Of a stretch of DNA of 64,000 nucleotides, positions 52,489 to 64,000 are shown in pieces. This DNA is from Epithemia pelagica (Eukaryota > Protista > Bacillariophyta). The position numbers and the translations under genes were made by a program. The stretch's first letter is position 1; every line of letters starts with the position of its first letter. The DNA is taken from assembly GCA_946965045.2 (NCBI GenBank), contig OX337233.1:124001-188000 (forward strand), given 5' to 3'. The notes under the pieces were generated by a model that ran no database searches, had not been told where the DNA came from, and saw only the letters and a program-made list of their open reading frames with translations.

Positions 52489-54878
52489 CGGCGCTTTACA
52501 ACAACGTCGACGAGAAATGACAGCTTTGCAATTGAGCTTTCGCAGCGAGGAGAGGAGAGAGAGTGATGTGTGGAGACAGGAAAGTTGTGCCTGTCCTGCG
52601 TACGATGATGAAGGGCAATCAATCGCACATAGTTTTCATGACAAGCAACAAGAAAAGTATCTTTTGCTGTAAGATACGACGAGACGAGAGGAGGGAGAGA
52701 GATCGACATCCCAATCTGTGATGAAGAGGTCCTCCTATAACGAAGAGGTCCACAGATCGACAATCCAACATCCACTGGGTAGATATCCCTAGTTTCTGAG
52801 TCATCTCGACCAACACCATTTATGGAACACCATTCTTGCCTTGGGCCTACGGACTGTTCACATCAATAACAACAAAACAGAGTGAGACAGTGGTCCTCTC
52901 TTGATCCAATGATGTGAGTGGGCATCACTCATCAGGTATATAGTGAAGGAAGCAAGGCCACAAGTACAAGTACAAGTACCAAACACAAGAATCTGACGAC
53001 ATGATGGACCAGAAGGAACATGTCATTCATCCCATTCTGACTCGCTTCCCGTGTTGCATTAGCTCACAGCAGACGCCTGCATTCGTCTTCTTTGGATCGC
53101 TTTAAGATCCATTAAAACGACAAAATCAGCAATCAGCACCATACGGCCACTATTGTGCTTTTTGTAACAAAGATTGTCCTCCTCCACTAGACGTGCAACA
53201 GTGGAGGACCAAAGTGTTATACTCATGTATGCACCACAAGTGCTGTCATTTAGAATCCAGATGTTTGCCGTTTGTTTGCTCGCATGGACAATCCAGCAAG
53301 CCATACTTGGACACGAGGTGGTGGGTGGGGATGCCGCAGCACTGCCATGGTCTTTTTTTTCCTTCCTCCGTGATAGTGCCATGAGAAAGTGGCTATACTT
53401 TGTACTCTGCAAACTGTTATTGTGGATCTCCATGGACCGATCTGACGACGGTGTGAAGACGTGTCTCTCTTGGCGTTGGACTTGTATGTGGGAAGTGCTC
53501 CTCCAGTCCAGTATCGTCGACTACCAAGTCTTGGTCGTTGCAGCCAATCACCAAATGTCCAGTGGATGAAACGCAGCATCAAGTGTCGCCGCAACAGCGC
53601 AAGCCAGGAAAGAAACCTCGATGGAATCCCATATGAAAAGTACAACAACCAAGCCGCATTTGTCGTTGTCACACTGGACAAAAGAAGAACACCATTCTCA
53701 ACGACAACTTTGATCGCAACAAGCAAGAATTCGCCCCTTGGTTTTCGATTCGCAACAGGAGTCCTAGTGTAACAAACAACAAAGAAAGGAGAACACGAGG
53801 ACGGGAACGAGAATCTTCCTTCAGTACTACGGATCGAAGTACGAAACGCAATTCAACTCCCTAGTGATGAATTGATTATGGGAAAGGGTCGCATCACCCT
53901 TTCAAGTCTACATACAAAGATTTAAGCTGGTTGTTGGTGTGGAACGACAAGGCAGCAAAACCAACCAGAATCCAACGAAGCAGAAGAACAACAAGAAGTT
54001 CTATTAGACTACAGCCAAGACATGATCGGCGGCATTCGTGGTCGTGGTTTTGTTGTTGGTACTGCTGAGTTCGGTACGAGACTCAACTGTGGTAGTGATC
54101 GAGGTCCAACACTGCTGTTTGACGACAGCCAAGACATGATCGGCGCGGGTCGTGGTTTTGTTGGTGCTGTACGAGGCACAAAGGTTGTAGTGGGCAATGT
54201 CCAACAGTGCTGTTTGACAGTGCTGTAGTCGTGCAACAAGGTTTCAGCGGAACTGGCATTGAGGGGCAAGACATAACCTTGCGGACTGTGATTGTTGTTG
54301 TTGATCCCAATGGACCGATACCCATGGACTATCAAAGAGCCACTACGGAGAGACTGATTGCTGTATTGACACAAGCAAATTGCCGACCTCATCATAAAGA
54401 CTTCATAAAGACTAGTTGCTGTAGTGGAGGAACTATCGAACACTTCGGTGGCAAAAATTCCCAAGGATTCGCAAATGTCCTGTCACCCAAAACCACCACG
54501 AGCATCGAGAGAGGGGGTACTGTCCTCTCACGTAGTAGGCATGGGCCATAGAAGGACCGGACCTCACAGTTTAACGCATGGTCGACTGTCCAAACGAGTC
54601 GCTGCGCCAAGTGTTTCAGGCACGCAACCATAATCCTCCACAACATGATAACTCGACCTTTTCAACAGCAGAGAGGCATGGTCCAATGGACATCTACCCA
54701 AGGACTGGCTCCACTATGGTGTAACTTTACAACGGAGTACATGATATCTCAATAATAGTTCGCAATGCCATGAAGAATACAATACAACTACTGTTTGAGA
54801 GTAAACGATAATGCTATAGTTCCGCTATTTTTAGGACATACATGCAATACGTTGCAAATTTCATGTTTCATCCTCTCA

Positions 54879-55492
54879 TTAATCACCGAGGTGAGTATCG
54901 GGCCTTGCTCGTTTATGAGCTGATGCCGAGGTGGAGAAGGGTGAAGTATCAGCATGTTGGATATTCCTTCCTTCCCCCAAAAGACACCATCTGTTGGGCC
55001 GCTGCTCACAGAGTCGTCGAAAACACCACGAATTCCTATCCATTAGTGGTAATGTCGTACAGGACGGATTGTCGCCACCACCAATCACGGCAACTTGATT
55101 GGCAACAGCCACCAAACTGCAGCCTTCGCGGTGATTGTGGTCATTTCCGAATGGTGGGAGATTCCATACGCGGTTGCGGTTCGTATCCAAGACATCAACG
55201 GTTGGATTGCCTCGTCCTCCTTCTGCCACCACCAGACAAGATCCCACGGCAACCACTGGACAACGACTTCGTGCATTGGAAAGCCTCAACTCCGAATGGG
55301 TGGTCCAGGTGGGTGAGAAAGAAATGAACGTCGAGCCAGTTTCTTTTCTTGTATCATCACTGTCACAGGGTGTTGCATAGTCCAAATACTCCACCGAGTC
55401 AAGATAGTCATCATCATTTTGGCCTCCAACGACAAAGATGCGGTGGCCAACGACTGCGCTGCCAAAATATGACCGAGGAACAGTCATGGAAG
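54879..55492 (-). pseudogene. Kelch K9, 5'-truncated (blades 4-6 only)
   Basis: Begins at MTVPRSYFGSAVV; homology to paralogs stops at ~55492, where K10 3'-flank sequence begins. Confidence 0.85.
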
Positions 55493-55663
55493 ATTACACT
55501 ATATAATATATCCCCTTTTGCAGGACATCAATGCAGGAAACAAGAAAGTGTCTGAGAACAAAATCATTATTTTATAGTTCCACTAGTGTAGGACATCAAT
55601 GCAATATGTTGCCCATTTCAAGTTTCATCCTTGCCTTTATCACTAGTACGTACTGGTCCTTGT

Positions 55664-56815
55664 TCATTCAGATTTTGATGTCGAGGTGGAGAAGGACGAA
55701 ATGCCCATTCCTTCCCGAAAATGGTACCATCCGCTAAGTTGCTGCTCACAGAGACGGCGAAAACACCACGAATTCTTGTCCATTAGCGGTAATGTCGCAC
55801 AGGTAGGATTGTGCTCTCCACCGATCACGGTAACTTGATTGGCAGCAGTCACCATACTGCAGCCCCTGCGGAAATTACGAAGAGGAGGAAGATTCCATAC
55901 GAGGTTGCGGTTCGTATCCAAGACTTCCACGGTTGAATTGACACGTCCTCCCGCCACCACTAGACAAGATCCCACGGCTGCCATTGCACAAGGCCTTCGT
56001 GCATTGGAAGGCACCAACTCCGACGGAGTGGTCCAAGAGGATGAGAAAGAAATGAATGTCGAACCAATCTCCTTTTTTGTCTCGTCATTGTAACAAGACT
56101 TTGCAAAGTCGACGTACTCCACCGAGTCAAGATGATGGCCATGCTCTGTTTCGCCTCCAACGACATAGATGCAGTGGCCAATGACCGCACTGGCACACCA
56201 TTGTCGTGGAACAGTCATGCTTGGTCCCGCAGTGACAGTGTGGTTGTTTATATCTATAATATCCACCGACGACAAACAACGATTGCTGCGTCCACCCAAT
56301 ACAACAATATATCGATTGTGAACCGCAACAGCAGCACATCCCCATCGTGGCGTTGATAACCGACATGTCAATGTTGTCCAATGACTCTCATGTGCGGTGC
56401 TGGATGTCAAAGATGTTGTTAGGATATCGTCGGCATCAATTTGTTCGATACAATCCAAAGGTGCTCCATTGTCTCCTCCCATCACGTAAATGCCTCCATT
56501 GCACACAACAGCGGCATGTCCAGCACGTTTCTGGTTCATGGGTGGCCCTTCTCGCCATTGCTTGTCTGGGTCTGCCAGATTCAATAAAAGAATAGAATTC
56601 ACATAGCCTCGGCGTTGTTGAATTCCTCCCAACACGACAACAATTTGTGCCTTGTTGTTGTCGTTGTGGAGTTCCTTGTCGAGATGATCGAGTACGACCG
56701 TAGCATGAAGATAACGCCATCCACCCTGAAGAGGAGGCCAATCGTTTTCATTCCATTCTGCTGTCTCGTCGGAAAGGAAAAGGTCCGACTGCCATGCTTG
56801 TTCTTTCAGAGTCAT
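55664..56815 (-). CDS. Kelch-repeat protein K10 (383 aa, intact)
   Basis: Six kelch blades; the first ~100 codons match K4. Confidence 0.88.
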   Translation of the reverse strand: MTLKEQAWQSDLFLSDETAEWNENDWPPLQGGWRYLHATVVLDHLDKELHNDNNKAQIVVVLGGIQQRRGYVNSILLLNLADPDKQWREGPPMNQKRAGHAAVVCNGGIYVMGGDNGAPLDCIEQIDADDILTTSLTSSTAHESHWTTLTCRLSTPRWGCAAVAVHNRYIVVLGGRSNRCLSSVDIIDINNHTVTAGPSMTVPRQWCASAVIGHCIYVVGGETEHGHHLDSVEYVDFAKSCYNDETKKEIGSTFISFSSSWTTPSELVPSNARRPCAMAAVGSCLVVAGGRVNSTVEVLDTNRNLVWNLPPLRNFRRGCSMVTAANQVTVIGGEHNPTCATLPLMDKNSWCFRRLCEQQLSGWYHFREGMGISSFSTSTSKSE

Positions 56816-59804
56816 GCTCAGTCTTCCTTTTGTTGACCGCAGCGCATTTATGAGGATCAAAGGAGCACACTGATGACTGTGTAATAGATTGCAGTGGGCT
56901 GCTCGGATGGGTGTGGACTGGAAAAAGAAGAGTATATACTGTAATCCCCAGCGGGGGAATTATGAGGATTAGTGACACAGTGGCTAAAAAAAAGAAAGGA
57001 CGACACAAACGACGCGACCCATCCTTACATTCTTGTGCGATCGGACGTAGGCTTTTGAGTACTACACGTGGAAGCCTTCGAGCCAGTGCTTTTGTCGGGT
57101 ACGTACATAACACCACACACACATCTTTTGCCCAAATACAAACAAAACATCATGGATTGGATTCCAACTATGGGTACATCCGGACTGTTGACGAATGTGA
57201 ATTGCAATGTCTCGTGCCTGACGTCTCAATTCACATCAGAGAATGCTGATGGACTGGTTTCAGCTTCGACATGCGGCAGATCGCACCAGCAGCAAGTTTA
57301 ATGGAACCGCTGTCGACCCAGTTGCGTCAGTCCCAGAGACTTCTTCCTTCCCCTTGATGGTTCCATTCCATCTTTGCTCGATCAATAATGATTCGTTCTT
57401 CACAAGACGACGGACGAGGAATGTAGAGAAGCAGCAACCAACCATGCTCGATTTCCAAAAAAGAACCATCAGAGAAGCGGACAACAGGGTCCACAAGGTT
57501 TTTAGCTTGTCGTGCTTTTCGTCCTATTACTGCTCCTCTCATCATCGGACATTGGAATCCACCCGTTTCGTCCTTTTGTCAGATTCATTGACCACAAGAG
57601 ACCACACAAGGAGCACGACCAACAGATGTCGAAACTCGTGGTTCGTGGCGGGAAAGCAGCAATGGTAACACAGTCATTCGATTGTGCTACGATGATGCCG
57701 ACAACACAAAAACAACTACAACCAGTTACACCCAAACATCAACAAGAACTACCGTCCTGCTTGTTCGTTGAGGAGCACGACAAGAAGAGAAAAATCAGGA
57801 TTTCCGATCCACATATAGAGGACCCGAACAACAAGAACAACAACACTTGTCGCATGCACAGCAGGCATCCAGGGTTTTGTCCTCCTTCGCGTAATTGCCT
57901 ATAGTAACGAATGAATGGTTTCGATCGAAGCATTGACGATTGGTGGTTCAGGACAAAATAAGACCAGTTGGTTATATTTTTGAACACGGCCCACCAGCAC
58001 CACAATGATAAACCACCAACACGGGGGTCGTCACGAAGCTACATGGACAAGGATCATGTTTCGAGAACTGCAGGTATGTATCATGCAAGGACCCAACCGC
58101 ACAAATTGATGCTTGGCCGAATCCGAGACCACCCTTCGAACGAGTCGCTGTGCCTTCTTAGACGTTGTTTCGTGAAGGTGTTTCTGGCGCGGTGCACGAC
58201 CATGATCTTCCACAACAAGATGATCCGATCTTTTCAACAACAGATAGAACTGTTGCCAATTCCAAGAAACACTCCGAGTGTATCCAAGAACAAAAGGACT
58301 GTCATCTCGCCAGCATTATTTGTGCTCTCGAACATCATAGATGGTGCGCGGAGAAAGAAAATGAAGAGAATATTGGTGTCGTTGACTGCGGGGTGCTTCC
58401 GGTTTTCCTCTTTCACTTCCGGTCTGCACCATGGTCGATGCCCCTTGCCAAATCTTGTGCCAACCTGTTTTCTCATTCACGATATTGTTCCATGGGCTCG
58501 CATTTCGAAGAAGAAATGCGCTCGCACTGATCGAGATGCCATCCTGTGTGTCGAGGAATATCGACAGAGACGTTTCTGCCTGCCAATGACACCAATGTGT
58601 GGCTGTTCCCCGCTCTTGCTGCTCCAGAATCAATGCAAAGAATATTGCCATCCCGTTGCTGCTTGAAATGACGACAACAAGAAATCCTCCACCAGCATCG
58701 ACCAGTGGCCGTAGCACCATTATCAATCATCACAACAGGACGCGAAAGATGTCTTGTCACAACAACAATAAACAACCAACCACCACAGGTACAAGACTCG
58801 GTTTCCCTACGTCCATGCTCAGGCGCAATGATGACACGTTCTTCGAAAGAGGAGGAGGAGGAAAGTATAGAAGCAGCATCCCCTCATGACACAATCCTCC
58901 CAACTTCCATGCACAAGTCAACCCTTTGTCAATTTCTAGCAAGAACCCTAAGAGAAGCAGACAATAGGATCAAGATGGTTTCGCATTGTCGTGATTATTC
59001 TCTCCCTGCTCCTCTCATCGTCGGACATTTGAATCCACCCGTTTCGTCCTTTTGTTGGATTCATCGACCACGAGACCATGAACCAAGCCACACAAGGATC
59101 AGGATCAAGAGATGCCTAAACTCGCGATTCGTGGTGGAAAGGACCAAAGACCACACAGTTATTCGATTGCACTACAGTGATGATGACTGCACCTAACAAC
59201 AACAACGAGTTACACCCAATCATCAACAACAAGAAGAGCCGTTCTGCTCATTCATCAAGGAGCACGGCAAGACGAGAAAAATCAGGTTTGACGATCTACC
59301 AGCAAGACCCAAACAACAATAACAGTCGTCGCATGCACAGCAGGCATCCCGTTTTGTCCTCCTTCTCGCAATTTTCAAATAGGCAAAGTAAAGTCATATA
59401 CTCCGTGCTGGATCGGTTGCTTCGCGCAACCATGGGACCGTTGTTGTCGGAATGGCGGGTTGGTGTGCATCGGCCTATCGACATGCCGTACCAACCTTGC
59501 TTCAACTGCAAGAACGGATGTTGACGACGGCCAATGAAGGCATGGACCAAGTCTCGATTCAATCTCTCATTGCGAAAGCACAAATCTCACTTTTCTCAAT
59601 GTCGTCCGCATCTTGTTCCATGGCTCGTCCCCAGTCAAATCGTCTTCAATCAACTCTGGATGGGAGTTCGGCTTTGGAGACGATTGACAAGGTATCATCA
59701 TCGACTGCTCGCAATTTCTCTTGAATGGTTGAACAACAAAGGTTTTGCCGTTCATACCTATACAAGGGATTGTGGCACCATCTCCGATATTCATTACTGA
59801 TGGC

Positions 59805-60238
59805 ATGGGTATGCAATCCGTGGGAGACGCCCGGTTGGTATCCGGCTCGATTGCTCAAGCTTGCATAGGTCCCGATTGGTGCAAGGGTTTCATTACCGAT
59901 GCCCATGCCGATGGAAGGTTAAGTCTCGATTTGTGGACAGGGCATATTGCTTTGATCTTCTTACCGTGATTGGAGAAACGAATCAAGTACGAGTCATCGA
60001 TGACAATAATACCGACGACAGCAAGAGTACGCAAACACACACGTGGCTGTATGAAGATTGTCGTGTGATTGCGGTCGAGTGTAGTCGGACACAGCAAATC
60101 GCGACGCCCCTTCTACAGTCCTGGTACATAATTGTGTACCGTGAGTTTGAAGACGGTGAGATTTGGTACAAGATTGAACTTGGTGATATTCAGCAAACTG
60201 TCAGAAAAAAGAATGAGGCACGTCCTCTACATTCATAG
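59805..60238 (+). pseudogene. Second copy of the possible Tudor/Agenet-like remnant
   Basis: Duplicate of 26160-26590; ORF 59861-60238 ends ...YIIVYREFEDGEIWYKIELGDIQQ. Confidence 0.35.
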
Positions 60239-60504
60239 TGATTAGTTTGTGACTCTTGGAGTCCAGCCAAAAAAAGCGAATTCTGCAAAACCATCTCTTG
60301 AATCTGATTGGTAAAGGCTAGCAAAGCAATTCACACAGCGACAAAAACACTCAACACAAAGCACACCTCTAGATAGTCTTTGTCTTTTCGTAAAAGTCAC
60401 GTTCTGCCGGACGCTGCAATTCCATGAGTGATTTTATTCTTTAGTACAATTCAGGATTATCCTTCCCTTTTTCAATACAGTGCGTACTGGTCGTGCTTCA
60501 TTTA

Positions 60505-60705
60505 GATTTTGATTTTGACGCGGAGCGTTCAAGGTGATATCCGAAGGGTGGGAGATTCCACACGCGGGTCCGGTGCGTATCCAGAGGTTTCCACAGTTGA
60601 ATTGCGTCGTCGTCCCGCCACGACCAGCCAGGATCCCACAACAATCATTGCACAAGAACATCGTGGATAGGAAAGAACCAAATCAGAATAAGTGATCCAT
60701 GGATG
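60505..60705 (-). pseudogene. Isolated kelch blade-5 fragment (copy of 26860-27060)
   Basis: WITYSDLVLSYPRCSCAMIVVGSWLVVAGRRRNSTVE. Confidence 0.75.
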
Positions 60706-60957
60706 ATGACTCTGTGCCCTGCAAAGTGCCATGATGCCACCACAAAGTCCCAGATTCTTGTCTCACGACCGCACGACCACGGCAGTGGCTCTTCCACATG
60801 AAGAGACAAAAATGTGGTCTTCCTTCCCCGCCTTTGACAACAAACCAGCACATTCTATCTTGCAACATAATCTTTCAACTTTTGAGTAAACCACTTACTA
60901 GGTTCTAGGATTACAATCGAACATAGAAAACAAGTCAGTGACTTGAGAACAAAACGT

Positions 60958-62174
60958 CTAGTAGGCTTCCTCCATCCCTTCATCACCACGGTGAGTATTG
61001 GACCTTGCGCGTTTAAGAGTTGATGTCGATGTAAAGAAGGGTGAGATATCTTCATTTCGGATAACGGCATTTTCAAGAGAATGATACCATCCGTTCGATT
61101 GGTGCTCACATAGTCGACGAAAACACCACGAATTCCTATCCATTAGTGGCAATGTCGCACAGGAAGTAGTGCGCCATCCACCAATCACGGCAACTTGATT
61201 GGCAACAGTTACTAGACTGAAGCCTTCGCGGTCATTTCCGACTGGTGGGAGATTCCAAACGCGGTTGTATCCAAGACTTCCACGGTTGAATGGCCTTGTC
61301 TACCCGCCACCACCAGACACGATCCCACAGCAACCATTGCACAAGAACCTCGAAGTTCGGAAAGCCTCAACTCCGAATGAGTGATCCAGGTGGGTGAGAA
61401 AGAAGTGAACGTCGAGCCAGTTTCCTTTTCTGTCTCATCACTGTCCCAGGGTGTTGTGTCGTCCAAATACTCCACCGAGTGAAGCATGCCATGCTCATTA
61501 CGGCCTCCAGCGACAAAAATGCGGTGACCAACGACCTCACTGGCACACCATGTTCGTGGAACAGTCATTCTTGGCCCCGCAGTGACAGTGTGATTGTTTG
61601 TATCTATAATATCTACCGACGACAAATAACGATCGTGGTAGCCACCCATTATAACGATGTATCGGTTGTGAACCGCAGCAGCACAACATCCCCATCGTTT
61701 CGCTGATAAGCGACATGTCAATGTCGTCCAATGGCTCTTCTTCGAGCTGCTTGATGTCGAAGATGGTTGGAGCAAATCGGTGACATTGATTTGTTCGATA
61801 CAATCCAAACTTGAATGTCTATTGTATCCTCCCATCACGTAGACCCCTCTATTGCACGTAACAGCAGCATGTCCATAACGTGCCTTGTTCATCGGTGACC
61901 CTTCTCGCCACTGCTTGTTCGATTCTGCCATATTCAATATCAGAACGGAACTGACACCGTATTGACCTTGTTTATATCCTCCCAAGACGACGACGGTTTG
62001 TCTCTTGTGGTTGCTATCCTCGTCCGTATCGGGATGTCCAATTACGACCGAAGCATGATAGTCTCGCGCTCCTCCCATAAGAGCAGGCCAATCGTTTTCA
62101 TTCCATTCAGGTGACTCGTCTAACAAAACAAGTTCCGACTGCCATGCTTGTTCTTTCAGTGTTGTTGTGGTCAT
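60958..62174 (-). pseudogene. Kelch K11, frameshifted near 61270 (between blades 5 and 6)
   Basis: Start MTTTTLKEQAWQSELVL; a short deletion in EVLDT(HRNR)VWNL shifts the frame; the C-terminus continues in ORF 60958-61188. Confidence 0.85.
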
Positions 62175-63663
62175 GGTTGCAAAGGTTCCAACTGCAGAAC
62201 TTATGAGGATCGAGACACTGTCTTGTAAGAGGCACGTGTAGGTTTGCTCTGTTGTTGTGATGCCGATGCTGATGGGTGCGGACTGGAAGCACGACTGAGT
62301 GCATGAAATCGATGGACCAAAGAGTGGGGTAGGAGTTTTCGTCACGAGACAAATCGTGACAGTTGCTTCGGCCGGTTGTTGTTGGCACTGCTCTTGTTGT
62401 TCCATCCTGCTAGTACTGCTGGTTAATGGTCAGAGGCCAGCATGGCGGGTGCCCTGTCGTTGTCGTGGTACTGGCAAAGGTCAGTTTCGTCGCCATGTAT
62501 AATTTTGGGATGCGTCGTCGTAGTAGTACAGTGTGTCGTGGTGCCTCTCGCAAAGAACCCCAGCAATACGTCTCTCTTGTCCGAGCCCTGCCAAACGTCG
62601 TTGGGAACTAGCATATCACAATATAGGGCATGTGCTCCTCCGTCATCCTCTCGACTTGCAGAACACCAATGGCTGGATGCGCAGTGCCTGCAACCAAGAT
62701 TGGTTTCCAATCCCCTCTAGTATAGTGTATAGTAGAACAACAATTTGTTGGTGGGTGCCAGCAAGAAGAGGTGGCCACCATGTGGCTTTGATGACCAAGT
62801 GGAACAATTCTGGTCGAGACAAGTCTAGAGTCCTTTTAGTATTCGTTTCCAAGAAGAGGAAGAAACTTGACAAAACAGGAAAATCCAGTTGCTGCCGGCC
62901 TTGAAGCGTAAGCGCAGAATGCCCGTAACAGTGATGAAGGTGATGTTTGTTGTTGTTGTTGGAATATCCAACAATACAATGAATGCTCCACAGTCTGTCT
63001 GGTTGTTGGTTCCTTACGCATACCGCGTCGACGAGAAGCAACGACACTGCCCACATGCTGAGGACGGAGACATGTGTAGCTTGCGAATCCTCTGGGAAGG
63101 TAGTTCGTCGACCGAGCTGTTGTTGACTGTTGACACTTGGCAACCTCGTTCGGCGTCTTTTACGAAAAGCACCGGCAGGTTGAGACGGACAAGCATTAAA
63201 AGTCGAAAGTCATCTGGAATTCATAATGCGGCGGTACGATTGCTGTAAAGCTGCGCAGTGCATGTTCTGATGATGGTGGGTTGTAATATATGGCCGTCCA
63301 CGTTCCACATCGTCCATTGTCGTCGACCCGTTTAGTTCGCCACGCAACAGTCCTAGCGTTTCTAATATCTTTTACTGTCCTAAAGATTTTGTTTAAGTTC
63401 AGGCTTTTTGGTGCACATCCATTATTAGTTCCCAGCGGGAGTGAGTCATGAGGATTAGTGAATGAGTCGTTTGAACAGCAAAAGCACGCGGCCCACCCCC
63501 AAGCATGGGGCGACTGGTCAGTCGCACTTTTCAAGTGCATTCCCTTAGTCACCCCCACGGCTCGAGGGCCCCAAATCGCCAATTTCTCGACTCTGATACA
63601 AACTGCATTTCACCTCCACAGAGCCACCACGGAGGCAAACTAGTGAGGACGATTACATCCATC

Positions 63664-64000
63664 ATGGCTACCCGCACCTCCAACCCCGACCACAAGGCTC
63701 TCACCAATACTACCCACGACGGTTCTACGAAAGCGCGGGCTCTCCAAAGCCTCTCCTCATTGGAGCAAGACACTCTAAATACAAGGCTCTCCGACTGCAA
63801 CAACAACAAGACAGATGACCATGCTGCAAGGGGCCAAGATAATCCTTTTCCATCCAACCGAACGCCTCCGGTCACCCATCTTTCTACTAATAATGAATCC
63901 CATGGGCGTCCTTCCCTCGAAGGCGCCGTCAACTCCGTATTCAGAGGCTGGCATGGAAAGACGGCCCGGTCATGGCAAGTCCATGCATGTAAAGAAGTAC
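63664..64000 (+). CDS. Unknown ORF open to the window end, possibly ORF1 of another mobile element
   Basis: ATGGCTACCCGC... gives 112 codons with no stop. It starts ~170 bp after homology to the repeated spacer (compare 35820-36020) ends at ~63490. Confidence 0.4.
   Translation, partial: MATRTSNPDHKALTNTTHDGSTKARALQSLSSLEQDTLNTRLSDCNNNKTDDHAARGQDNPFPSNRTPPVTHLSTNNESHGRPSLEGAVNSVFRGWHGKTARSWQVHACKEV

Noticed and set aside
57968-58666. 232-aa ORF, and an ARM-like impression in overlapping ORF 58165-58530
   Set aside because: No convincing repeat pattern, and several frames are equally open; not supportable without a search.

Overview
Eukaryotic DNA, probably from a diatom or related stramenopile (inferred from CoDi-like copia elements and an Ambal-like LINE; not confirmed). 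The backbone is a minus-strand array of 11 intronless kelch (six-bladed beta-propeller) genes built from repeated 3-5 kb units. Seven are intact and four are disrupted, and there are two single-blade fragments. The copies vary most at the propeller top-face positions, are sequence mosaics of one another, and share an N-terminal BC-box-like peptide. A single-HKD PLD/nuclease-like gene starts directly behind the same upstream module as the kelch genes and is split inside its catalytic motif by a young copia element. A Trp-variant RI-like LRR pseudogene and decayed Tudor-like remnants lie between the kelch genes. Mobile elements are: the 3' end of an RNase H-bearing LINE; two full-length Ty1/copia elements (one with a UGA + 8 nt + hairpin gag-pol junction, a 6-bp TSD and a non-canonical PBS; one with an extra upstream ORF); and an intact Ty3/gypsy element nested in the TIR of a ~0.59 kb MITE upstream of a kelch gene. 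No rRNA, tRNA or CRISPR array was seen. All alignments and mismatch counts were done by eye.
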